Part shown: positions 38,034 through 46,582 of the stretch, one piece after another | Layout of the letters: the number at the start of each line of letters is the position of its first letter | Numbering within the stretch: position 1 is the first letter of the stretch | Source: Glycomyces sp. | GTDB lineage: Bacteria > Actinomycetota > Actinomycetes > Mycobacteriales > Micromonosporaceae | Assembly (NCBI GenBank): GCA_036259435.1 | Contig: DATABR010000067.1 | Span: 1-53,111, forward strand | Reading direction: 5' to 3' | Length of the DNA stretch: 53,111 nt | Made by a program: the position numbers and the translations under genes | The notes under the pieces: model-generated | Told to the model about the DNA's origin: nothing | What the model saw: the letters and a program-made list of their open reading frames with translations, nothing else | Database searches by the model: none

Positions 38034-39014
38034 ATGGAATACACCAGACTCGGGTCCTCGGGCCTCAAGGTCAGCCGGATCGCCCTGGGCTGCATGAGCT
38101 TCGGCAAGGTGAACGAACGGTCGCCGTGGGTCCTCGACGACGCGGCCGCCGAGCCGGTGTTCCGGCAGGCGCTCGAACTCGGCATCACCTTCTGGGACAC
38201 CGCGAACATCTACAGCCACGGGGCATCCGAGGAGGTCACCGGCCGTGCGATCCGCAACCTGACGAGCCGCGACGACATCGTGCTGGCGACCAAGGTCTTC
38301 TCTCCGATGCACCGAGGACCCGGCGGCGCCGGCCTGTCGCGCAAGGCGATCATGGAGCAGATCGACGCCTCGCTGCGTCGGCTCGGCACCGATTACGTGG
38401 ACCTGTACCAGATCCACCGCTTCGATCCCGAGACGCCGGTCGAGGAGACCATGGAGGCCCTGCACGACGTGGTGAAGGCCGGCAAGGCCCGGTACATCGG
38501 GGCTTCCTCGATGTGGGCCTGGCGGTTCGCGTCCATGCAGCACGCCGCCGAACTCGGCGGCTGGACCCGGTTCGTGTCCATGCAGGACCAGTACAACCTG
38601 GTCCAGCGCGAAGAGGAACGCGAGATGTTCGGGCTCCTCGAGGACCAGGGCGTCGGGTCGATTCCGTGGAGTCCGCTCGGCGGCGGCCGACTGGCCCGGC
38701 CGTGGGGCGACCAGGGCACCGCCCGCGCGAAGACCGCCCCGACCGAGGACCGGCAGGGCCGCCCGGTGTTCCACAACAGCGACAAGGCGATCGTGGACGC
38801 GGTCGAGCGGATCGCCACCGAGCGCGGCGTCGCCATGGCCACCGTCTCCATGGCGTGGGTGCTCCGCAATCCGGTGGTGGACGCCCCGATCGTGGGGGCC
38901 ACGAAACCGCACCACCTGCCGGAAGCGGTGGCGGCACTCGACTCCGAGCTCACCGACGAGGAAGTGACCGCCCTCGAGAGCCCGTACACGCCAAGGGTGC
39001 CGACGTTCTTCTAG
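38034..39014 (+). CDS. Aldo/keto reductase
   Basis: SRIALGCMSFG, WDTANIYSHG.SE, ATK, DYVDLYQIHRFD, GKARYIGAS, PWSPLGGG, PIVGATK. Confidence 0.94.
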   Translation: MEYTRLGSSGLKVSRIALGCMSFGKVNERSPWVLDDAAAEPVFRQALELGITFWDTANIYSHGASEEVTGRAIRNLTSRDDIVLATKVFSPMHRGPGGAGLSRKAIMEQIDASLRRLGTDYVDLYQIHRFDPETPVEETMEALHDVVKAGKARYIGASSMWAWRFASMQHAAELGGWTRFVSMQDQYNLVQREEEREMFGLLEDQGVGSIPWSPLGGGRLARPWGDQGTARAKTAPTEDRQGRPVFHNSDKAIVDAVERIATERGVAMATVSMAWVLRNPVVDAPIVGATKPHHLPEAVAALDSELTDEEVTALESPYTPRVPTFF

Positions 39015-39046
39015 GTCTCGCGGCGAGCTTCGCGGCCGTGGGGCGC

Positions 39047-40291
39047 TCAGTCCCGGGACTCGATCGCGGCCTGCCAGTGGTCGCGGAGCTCGTCGAGGCC
39101 GGGCATGGCCGGGTCGGTCGTGAAGCAGACCGTGGCAGTGTCCTGATAGGTCAGCATCATCGCGGCCACCGGGATCCCGAGCGGCGCCCACATCACCGGC
39201 ACGACACGGGAGACGGATGCGCCCTGGAAATCCAGCCGCCGCCGGAGCACGAGTTTGGAGGCGAGCGTCGCCGCGTGCGCCGGCTTCGACACCGTCTTGA
39301 GCATGCCGGTCATCACCGAAGTAGGCGTCATGGCCGTGAAGCGGCGCATGGCCTCGCGCAGTCGTGCCGATTTCAGCACGCCGGTTGCTGTGGGCGTCAG
39401 GTGCAGCCGCTCCTTCGCAGTGAGCTGCCCGCCGGGAAGCGCCACGGAGGCGAGGATGACCCGGTTGCCCGGCGCGGCGACTTCGCCCGGTCGGCGGAGG
39501 TTCGCCGGGACCAGGAACGGCACTTGCGCAGAGGACGAAGGCAATCGCTCGGCCGCCTGCGTCAGGGCGTGGGCGAGCGCCGCGAGGTAGGCGTCGTTGG
39601 CGGTACCGCCGTGGCCGCTGGCCACGTTGCGGAGCCGGTCGATCGGCACCGCACACCAGCGCTGCATCCGGTCGCCGGAGAACCCTGCCGGGTACGACGC
39701 CCACGTGCCGGTGCGCCGGGCCGCGCTGAGGAGCGCGCCGGTGGCGATCCCCATGTCGCCCAAGGATGCCCTCGTGGGCTCGATGAAGCCCGGGTACGCC
39801 GCCGATGAGGGCGCTTCGGCGTCGTCGCCGAACAGCGTCTCCAGGGTGTGGAGGATCCCGCCGCCGTCCTGGAGCGAATGGTGCACCCGATAGAACAGCG
39901 CGAAGCCGTCGTTCGTCTGGCCGCGCAGCAGATGGAGCTGCCAGGCCGGGCCGTGTTCGGGCAGCGGCGCGCCGATGAGCGCGCGCACCGCCTGATCGAG
40001 TGCATCCGGGCCGGGTTGGAGTTCGCGTTCGGTCAGATGCGCTTCGAGGTCCAAGTGCGCCTTGACGTACCAGCGTGAGCCGGCCGGGAGGCTCCGCAGC
40101 GCTGGGAGCGCGGGCAGACGTGCGGTCACGTGAGCGATGACCTTTTCCAGGCTCGGAGGCGCGCCGTCGCAGTGGAGGACCATGCCCACATGCGGCCGCG
40201 TCCCCGGTGAAGACACGGGAGCGTTCCACAGCGCCCGATCCATCGCCACGCGGGGGGCGAAGGCCCGTGCACCGGTCTCGAGCGTCGCCAT
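39047..40291 (-). CDS. Wax ester synthase/diacylglycerol acyltransferase (WS/DGAT) family O-acyltransferase
   Basis: HHxxxDG motif (RVHHSLQDGGG), GGTANDAYLAA, VPANLR...GN, LTYQD. Confidence 0.82.
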   Translation of the reverse strand: MATLETGARAFAPRVAMDRALWNAPVSSPGTRPHVGMVLHCDGAPPSLEKVIAHVTARLPALPALRSLPAGSRWYVKAHLDLEAHLTERELQPGPDALDQAVRALIGAPLPEHGPAWQLHLLRGQTNDGFALFYRVHHSLQDGGGILHTLETLFGDDAEAPSSAAYPGFIEPTRASLGDMGIATGALLSAARRTGTWASYPAGFSGDRMQRWCAVPIDRLRNVASGHGGTANDAYLAALAHALTQAAERLPSSSAQVPFLVPANLRRPGEVAAPGNRVILASVALPGGQLTAKERLHLTPTATGVLKSARLREAMRRFTAMTPTSVMTGMLKTVSKPAHAATLASKLVLRRRLDFQGASVSRVVPVMWAPLGIPVAAMMLTYQDTATVCFTTDPAMPGLDELRDHWQAAIESRD

Positions 40292-40307
40292 CGCGCCTCC
40301 AGTCTCG

Positions 40308-40660
40308 TCAACCAGATGATACGGCCCGCTCGGGGCGCCCGGGCGTCGTCATGACCCGCGCAGGTCGGACGGGGCCACGGGCCGGTTCCGCCACTGGGGA
40401 GGCCATGTCGAGCAGTGCCAGCGCGTCGTCTTCGGGGCTGCCGGGTTCGGCGAAGTAGGCGACCAGGCGCTGGCCGGAGGTACCGGAGAGGTCCATGCTC
40501 TGGTAGCCGAGGGTGAGGTCGCCGACGAGCGGGTGGTGGAAGGACTTGCGTCCCGTGGTGTGTCCGCGCACTTCGTAACGGTCCCAGAGTTTGGCGAATT
40601 CCGGGCTTTTTCACCAGCAGCTCCCCCACCAGCTTCGTCAGGCCGGGCGCGTCGGGTTGG
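40308..40660 (-). pseudogene. MmyB-like ligand-binding domain remnant of an XRE regulator
   Basis: PDAPGLTKLVGELLVK (extra A in homopolymer 40607-40611) SPEFAKLWDRYEVRGH...HPLVGDLTLGYQ...GQRLVAY.AEPGS; HTH absent. Confidence 0.82.
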
Positions 40661-40708
40661 GTCGCAGGCGCTCCAGGGATCGGCAGGCCCGGGGGCACGG
40701 TGCAGGCC

Positions 40709-41575
40709 CTAGGCGTCGCGGCGCCGGTCGCGGACTTCGGGGAGGGGCTGGTAGCCGGCTGCGGCGTAGGTGGCGACGCCGCCGACGTTGGAGCTCGGGG
40801 TGCACACGAGCGCGCTCGAGGAGCCCAGTTCCTGGAGCGTGGCCGCCGCGGCGATGCAGATCGCCTTGCCGTAGCCGTGGCCGCGGTGGTCCGGATGTAC
40901 GCCCATCGGCTCGATCAGCCCGGGCCTGCCCGCACCGGCCGACCACACCGTCACGCCCGCGACCGCCTCGCCCTGGTCGTCGAACGCGACCAGGCACCGG
41001 GCGTCGGCGTACGGTGAGCCGGACGCCATCGCGTGCCAGCGCTCGTCGGTGAACGTCGAGGAGACGAACGCCGCCCGCTGCACGGCGGTGCGCAGGTGAG
41101 CCTGCTCCGGCTCGATCACCTCGACCTGCACGCCTGGATCCTGCACCGGCTCTGCAAGATTGCGGCGCAATGGGGTCCACGGCTCGTCGGTGCCCCAGCC
41201 CTCATCGGCCAGCAGCTCTTGGAGCAGTGCGTTCTTCGGCGCCTCGATGTAGACCTTGCCCTCGGGAAGGACGCCGCGCTCGGGATCGATCACGTCGGCG
41301 ACCACCTGGCGCGTCAGCTGCTCGTCCTGATGGGCGTCGGGTGCGATCGTCATGCGCAGCAGCTCGGGGCCGTCCAACAGCCCGACGGCGAGGATCCGTC
41401 CGTCCCGGGTCCAAGTCCGGACCGCTGCGGCCGTCGCCGCCGCGCCGAACCGCCAGAACCAGCCGATGTCGCCCGGATGCAGCTGCATCGGCGCCTCTTC
41501 GGACTGCCACTTCCGCAGGGCGGCCACGGCTTCGGTCAACTCGTCGACTTCCGGCTTGCGCAGTTCGATCACCAT
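40709..41575 (-). CDS. GNAT family N-acetyltransferase
   Basis: LHPGDIGW N-terminus; IEPMGVHPDHRGHGYGKA acetyl-CoA motif; N..A..TY..AGY. Confidence 0.88.
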   Translation of the reverse strand: MVIELRKPEVDELTEAVAALRKWQSEEAPMQLHPGDIGWFWRFGAAATAAAVRTWTRDGRILAVGLLDGPELLRMTIAPDAHQDEQLTRQVVADVIDPERGVLPEGKVYIEAPKNALLQELLADEGWGTDEPWTPLRRNLAEPVQDPGVQVEVIEPEQAHLRTAVQRAAFVSSTFTDERWHAMASGSPYADARCLVAFDDQGEAVAGVTVWSAGAGRPGLIEPMGVHPDHRGHGYGKAICIAAAATLQELGSSSALVCTPSSNVGGVATYAAAGYQPLPEVRDRRRDA

Positions 41576-41694
41576 GCCTCCGATCACACACCACCGCACC
41601 GGCAGTCCGCATCCCATTTTCTGCCGGCCGGTCGACACTGCGACCGCTCGACATCCTGTGACGATCAGTCGGATCCTTCGATCCGGACGAGGGC

Positions 41695-41855
41695 TTTCGG
41701 CCCGCAGTGCGCGCGCCTCCTCCAGCGATTTGGCGAACCTGCCCGGGTGCGCTTCAGTCAGTGCCACATAGAGTTCGATGGCCTCATCGAGCAGTGGCAG
41801 GGCCGCCTCGGGCCGGTCGTACCGAGCGAGGAGCGCGGCGTGGAATTGCAGCGCA
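41695..41855 (-). pseudogene. Tetratricopeptide-repeat-like C-terminal fragment
   Basis: ALLARYDRPEAALPLLDEAIELYVALTEAHPGRFAKSLEEAR resembles a TPR helix pair; no start or N-terminus. Confidence 0.45.
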
Positions 41856-42031
41856 CCGGCCGGCACGCGGTCCGGCCCTCCCCTGCAGGGAGGTGGCGCC
41901 GACGTTCGACGTGCCAGGCCGCGAACGCCGACTGCGCCACTGGATCGCCGTAGCCACAGCTTGCAGGCGCTCCTCGATCGCGGTGACGGACAAGTCCGCT
42001 CGGAGAGCTCGGCGAAGGGTCCGCCTGGACT

Positions 42032-42415
42032 CCGCATGCTCAGGCCGCGTTCTGGGCCCACGTCTACCGCATCGACGTCGAGGACCACTCGGCGCTGGTG
42101 GACCGATTGGTCGCCGATGGGCTCATGCCCGCCGAGGACCGGATCACGGTCGAAGGGCGGTCGGCGTTCCGCGACGTCGCCGCCTGCCGAGACGCCGACG
42201 GCACGGAGCCGCGGCTGTTCTTCCAGCGTGTGCCCGAGGGCAAGACCGCCAAGAACCGCATGCACCTGGACCTCCACGTCGAGGAGGATCAGAAGCGGGC
42301 CGAGGTCGATCGGCTGCTCGGGCTCGGGGCGGAGCATATCGCCGCGAACGCCGATCGCGGACCGACGACCTACGTCATGCGCGACCCCGAAGGCAACGAG
42401 TTCTGCCTGCACTGA
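42032..42415 (+). pseudogene. VOC/glyoxalase-like protein, 5'-truncated
   Basis: PHAQAAFWA...VEDHSAL...RLFFQRVPEGKTAKNRMHLDL...MRDPEGNEFC; no in-frame start upstream of the conserved N-terminal motif. Confidence 0.7.
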
Positions 42416-42448
42416 GACTTGCCGTCGAGAGCCGCGACCGGCTCCGGA

Positions 42449-43495
42449 TCAGGCGGGTTCGAGGAGGGCGGCGTAGAGGGTGAGGCCGGGACCGAACGCC
42501 AGGGCCACGATCGGGCCGGACGGGGCGCCTTCGGCCAGGAGTTCGCTCAGCACCAAGAGGACCGTCGCAGAAGAGCAGTTGCCGTGCTCGGCCAGGACTT
42601 TGCGCGAGGCCGCCAGGGCGGTCGGGCCGAGGGCGAGACCTTCCTCTACGGCGCCGAGGATGCGGGGGCCTCCTGGATGGACGGCCCAGCCGTGGACGTC
42701 GGTGAGGTCGTGCCCATGGCGGCCCAGGAGGTCCTTCACGAGGGGGCCGACGTGTTCGGCGAGGGCGTCGGGCACTTCCGGGGAGAGACCCATGCGGAAG
42801 CCGAGATCCGTGACGTCCCAGGTCATCTGCTCACTCCTGCCGGTGTCGGTGCGGGCGGCGATGTCCACCACGCGGAGACCGAGCGAGGGCGAGTCGTCGG
42901 GACGCAGGACCAGTGCGCTGGCGGCGTCGCTGAACAAGGCGTGGGAGACCATCTGCTCGGGGTCGACGGCCGGCGGCTGGAGGTGCAGCGAGGTGAGTTC
43001 GAGGCATAGGAGCGCGGCCGGGCGCCGGTGGGTCGAGACGTAGTCGGCGACCGTGCCCAGCGCGGGGAGTGCGGCGTGGCATCCGGTGTGGCCGATGAGG
43101 AGTCGTCTCGCGTCGGCGCTCAGCGGGAGTGCCTTGGCGAGTTCGATGTCGAGTCCGGGCGTCCGGTAGCCGGTGCAGGTGACGACGGTGAGCAGGCCGA
43201 GGTCTTCGGGTTCGGTGCCGGCCGCGGCGAGGGCGTCACGCACGGCCGCGAGGCCGAGCGGCGGGGCGAGTTCGCCGTATCGCCGCATGCGTTCCTCTGT
43301 GGATGATTCGGCGATGGCCCGGAGTTCACCGAGTTCGGATGCCGAATGGCGCTGCTGGATCCCCGAGGACTTGAAGATCCGATCCGCGACGCGGCTTCGC
43401 GAGAAATGCCAGCGGAAGACCTCCTGCCACAGCTCGTCCTGGGTGTAGGACGGCGGGAAGGCCGTTCCGAGCCCTGCGATCCGCGCGGTCACCAT
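42449..43495 (-). CDS. Type III polyketide synthase
   Basis: Cys-His-Asn triad: GHTGCHAA, AVHPGGP, GNCSSATV; VTCTGY, LFSD, AFGPGLT. Confidence 0.94.
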   Translation of the reverse strand: MVTARIAGLGTAFPPSYTQDELWQEVFRWHFSRSRVADRIFKSSGIQQRHSASELGELRAIAESSTEERMRRYGELAPPLGLAAVRDALAAAGTEPEDLGLLTVVTCTGYRTPGLDIELAKALPLSADARRLLIGHTGCHAALPALGTVADYVSTHRRPAALLCLELTSLHLQPPAVDPEQMVSHALFSDAASALVLRPDDSPSLGLRVVDIAARTDTGRSEQMTWDVTDLGFRMGLSPEVPDALAEHVGPLVKDLLGRHGHDLTDVHGWAVHPGGPRILGAVEEGLALGPTALAASRKVLAEHGNCSSATVLLVLSELLAEGAPSGPIVALAFGPGLTLYAALLEPA

Positions 43496-44682
43496 CGCGG
43501 AACCTCGGCGTCGTGGTCGGGGTCCTCGCCCAGGGCGGCGACGCCGAGCCAGTCGGCGCACACGTCGGAGGTGGCCGGTTGCAGTGCGCCGCAACGGGCG
43601 TCGCGGTAGAGCCGTTCGAGCGGGTGCCCGCGCCTGCTCGCCGAGGCTCCAGCGGCCTCCAAGAGGGAGGCGGCGACTTGGACGGCCGTGTCCCCGGCGG
43701 TGAGCTTGGCGCGCCAGACCCACCGGTTCGTCTCCGGATCGCCGGGGGCGCTGTCGATGCGCGCGGCTGTCTCGGCGACGACGAGCTCGGCTGCGGCCAC
43801 GGCGGTCTCGGCGCGGCCGAGCCGGGCCCGCGCGGACGGCAGGCCGGTGAGCTTGCGCGCGCGAAGATGCTCGGCAGCGGCGTCCACGGCCGCGCGGGCG
43901 ACTCCCGCGTAGACGGCGGAGTAGGAGGCCACGAGCCACTGCGGCATGGCTTCGGCGATCATGAGTGTCAGGCCCTCGACGCCGCCGAGCAGAGCGTCGG
44001 GCCCGACCTCGACATCGAAGTGCACGTCGTGGCTTCCCGTGGCCCTCATGCCGAGCGAGTCCCAGGTCTCCTCGACGCGGATGCCCTCCCCTGCGGGGAC
44101 AAGGAAGTAGGAGACCTGCGGATCCTCCGCCTCACCGTCGCGGGCGGTGACGAGGTAGGCGTCGGCGTGGCCGGAGCCGGAGACGAAAGCCTTGCTGCCG
44201 GTGATGCGGTAGCCGGTGTCGGTGCGGTGGTAGGCGGTCGAGGTCCGAGAAAGGCGGGAGCCGCTGCCGCGTTCGCTCATGGCGACGCCGTAAAGCGCGC
44301 CGCCCGCCGCGGCGGCGAGGGCCTTGTCGCGGGCTTCGAAGGAGCTCCTCGGCGCGCCGAGGAGCCGCACGAGGTCGTCAGGGGTCTGGGCGAGCGCGCC
44401 GGTGACCGAGGCGTGCATGTTGAATATGAGGGCCGTGGAGCCCGCGCCGCGGGCGAGCGCGGCGGCGACCCGCGAGTACTCGGCGAACGAGGCGCCGCAG
44501 CCGCCCAGCCGCTGGGGCACCATCAGCCCGAACAGGCCCGCCGCGCGCAGGTCCGCGAAGTCCGCCTCCGGGAACCGGCCCCGTTCATCGTGCGCTGCAG
44601 CGCGTTCGGCGAGGTTCGGGACGAGTTCGCGGGCCAGGTCGAGAGGGCTCGGGCCGGGTCGCTCTCGGTTCGTCACAGGCAC
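43489..44682 (-). CDS. Acyl-CoA dehydrogenase family flavoprotein
   Basis: AMSERGSGS, GSKAFVSG, WDSLGMRATGSHD, LERLYRDAR; overlaps the PKS start. Confidence 0.9.
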   Translation of the reverse strand: MPVTNRERPGPSPLDLARELVPNLAERAAAHDERGRFPEADFADLRAAGLFGLMVPQRLGGCGASFAEYSRVAAALARGAGSTALIFNMHASVTGALAQTPDDLVRLLGAPRSSFEARDKALAAAAGGALYGVAMSERGSGSRLSRTSTAYHRTDTGYRITGSKAFVSGSGHADAYLVTARDGEAEDPQVSYFLVPAGEGIRVEETWDSLGMRATGSHDVHFDVEVGPDALLGGVEGLTLMIAEAMPQWLVASYSAVYAGVARAAVDAAAEHLRARKLTGLPSARARLGRAETAVAAAELVVAETAARIDSAPGDPETNRWVWRAKLTAGDTAVQVAASLLEAAGASASRRGHPLERLYRDARCGALQPATSDVCADWLGVAALGEDPDHDAEVPRW

Positions 44683-44758
44683 TCACTCCTCAACTACGCG
44701 GCTTAGGTCCTCGGTCCTGCCGATGAGTGTCCTCGCTACCGCGATCCAAAACAACCGT

Positions 44759-44785
44759 CACTGATTCCCTAATTTGGAATCAGTG
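44759..44785. promoter_or_regulatory. 10-bp perfect inverted repeat (putative operator) upstream of the ACAD-PKS genes
   Basis: CACTGATTCC-N7-GGAATCAGTG in an AT-rich intergenic stretch. Confidence 0.6.
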
Positions 44786-44849
44786 TTCTCGGCCTTTCGG
44801 TCGAGAAGGTCCGTCGCTCGCCTCACCACAGCCTCGGCTGTGCATAGAC

Positions 44850-45683
44850 TCAGCCGACGGCGACTCCGGTGAAGAGGAGCAGGGCCACATCGATGAGGGC
44901 CACCAGCATCACGGCGCGGAATGCCGCCCGGGAGCGGGCCTTACGGCCCAGGAGGAGGCCCGCGGTGAGGATGGCCGCAGCCAGGGGCACGGCGGTCAGC
45001 GCGAGTGGGTCGGGTGTGCCTGAAGGTCCGAAGACGAGCAGTGCCGAGGCGGTGAGCACCAGAGCGGCGGCTCCCAGTCGGCTCGCCAAGGGCCCCAGGC
45101 GATGAGGTAGACCGCGCACGCCGGTGGCGGCGTCGTCGGCGAAGTCGGGCAAGACGTTGACGAAGTGCGCCGCGCAGCCGAGCGCGGCGGCACCGCCCAT
45201 GAGCCACAGCGGCGGGAGCGGCGCGCCGGGCAGGCCGAGCGAGACGATCGCGGGCAGCATCCCGAAGGAGAACGCGAACGGGACCGCCGAGAACGCGGTG
45301 GCCTTGACGCCGAGGTCGTAGGCCCAGGCCGAGGCCAGCGCGGCGACGTGCGCGAGCGTCGCGGCCGGGCCCGAGGGCGCCGTGAGTGCCACCGCGGCGA
45401 CGGCCGAGGCGATGAAGCCGATGAGCACTGGGCGCGGGGCGATCGCGCCGGTCGCCACTGGCTTGTCCATCCGGCCGACTTCGGCGTCGCGGCGCGCGTC
45501 GACGAAGTCGTTGAGCCATCCGACGGAGAGCTGCCCGGCGAAGATCGCGGCGGTGATGGTGAGAACGAGATCGAGGGGCAGGTCCGTACCCGCGGCGAGT
45601 CCGGCGGCGACGGCCGTGACGGCCACGGCCGGAAGCGGATGGGACGCCTGCACCATCGCCCGGGTCGCCGCCATGTGACTCAC
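44850..45683 (-). CDS. UbiA family prenyltransferase
   Basis: ASHP.P, GWLNDFVDARRD...DKP (NDxxDxxxD), NVLPDFADD..TG; multiple TM helices. Confidence 0.9.
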   Translation of the reverse strand: MSHMAATRAMVQASHPLPAVAVTAVAAGLAAGTDLPLDLVLTITAAIFAGQLSVGWLNDFVDARRDAEVGRMDKPVATGAIAPRPVLIGFIASAVAAVALTAPSGPAATLAHVAALASAWAYDLGVKATAFSAVPFAFSFGMLPAIVSLGLPGAPLPPLWLMGGAAALGCAAHFVNVLPDFADDAATGVRGLPHRLGPLASRLGAAALVLTASALLVFGPSGTPDPLALTAVPLAAAILTAGLLLGRKARSRAAFRAVMLVALIDVALLLFTGVAVG

Positions 45684-45709
45684 GGCCGCCAGTGTGCCAC
45701 CCTGGCGGG

Positions 45710-46426
45710 ATGAGGGGAACCCCCGAGCGGCCGGTTCCGAACGATCCGGCGCTCTACGAGCGATTGGCTGCGGAGTGGTGGCGGCCGCGAGGCGTGTTCG
45801 CGATGCTGCACTGGCTCGCTGCGGCTCGTGCCGAGCTCATTCCCGCTGCGACACGGGCAGACGCGGCGCTGGTCGACCTGGGTTGCGGCGCGGGGCTGCT
45901 CGCTCCGTATCTGGAGGGCAAGGGGTACACGCACATCGGTGTCGATCGCTCCGCTGAAGCGCTGCGGCAGGCCGCTGCTCATGGTGTCCACGCGGTTCGC
46001 GGCGAGGTGACGGCTGTGCCGCTGGCCGACTCGTGCGCCGATGTGGTGGTGGCGGGCGAAATCCTGGAGCACGTACCCGATCTGCCCGGAGCAATCGCCG
46101 AGGCCTGCCGGCTGCTGCGGCCCGGTGGCCTGCTCGTGATCGACACGCTGGCGGCGACCGCGCTGTGCCGGTGGCTCGCCATCGATGTGGCCGAGCGGAT
46201 TCCGCGCATCGCGACGCGCGGTGTCCACGACCCGGCGCTCCTGGTCGACCGCGATCTGCTCGTCGCGGAGTGCGAAGAACATGGGGTGCCACTGACGCTG
46301 CGCGGCATCCGGCCCTCGCTGGCCGACTTCGCGGGCTGGCTTCTCGGCCGCCGGTCCTCGGTCCGGATGGTGCCGGTGCCGACCACGGCGGTCCTCTTCC
46401 AAGCCTGGGGCCGCAAGCGCCTGTAA
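45710..46426 (+). CDS. UbiG-like SAM-dependent O-methyltransferase
   Basis: EWWRPRGVFAMLHW, LVDLGCGAGLL, EILEHV, LRPGG, HDP. Confidence 0.88.
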   Translation: MRGTPERPVPNDPALYERLAAEWWRPRGVFAMLHWLAAARAELIPAATRADAALVDLGCGAGLLAPYLEGKGYTHIGVDRSAEALRQAAAHGVHAVRGEVTAVPLADSCADVVVAGEILEHVPDLPGAIAEACRLLRPGGLLVIDTLAATALCRWLAIDVAERIPRIATRGVHDPALLVDRDLLVAECEEHGVPLTLRGIRPSLADFAGWLLGRRSSVRMVPVPTTAVLFQAWGRKRL

Positions 46427-46502
46427 GCGCCGGTGCGAGCCGTACGCCAGTTGCGTTTGGGATGGGTGTTGCACGGGTCTCATCGATGCGGTTATATTTG
46501 TT

Positions 46503-46513
46503 TGGTCATACCA
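46503..46513. promoter_or_regulatory. GntR/FadR-type operator upstream of the ABC cassette
   Basis: TGGTCATACCA matches the FadR-subfamily TGGT-N3-ACCA pattern. Confidence 0.6.
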
Positions 46514-46582
46514 TTAAACAACGGCCCCCTCAGCCTGCACGAACTCCGGCGAATCCTGTATCCCCCAACGAAAGGCATCGCC

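Noticed and set aside
40709-42412. 567-aa TPR-GNAT fusion protein
   Set aside because: The GNAT gene has its own GGAGG RBS and ATG at 41575. The upstream frame is antisense to the VOC remnant and is probably open by chance.
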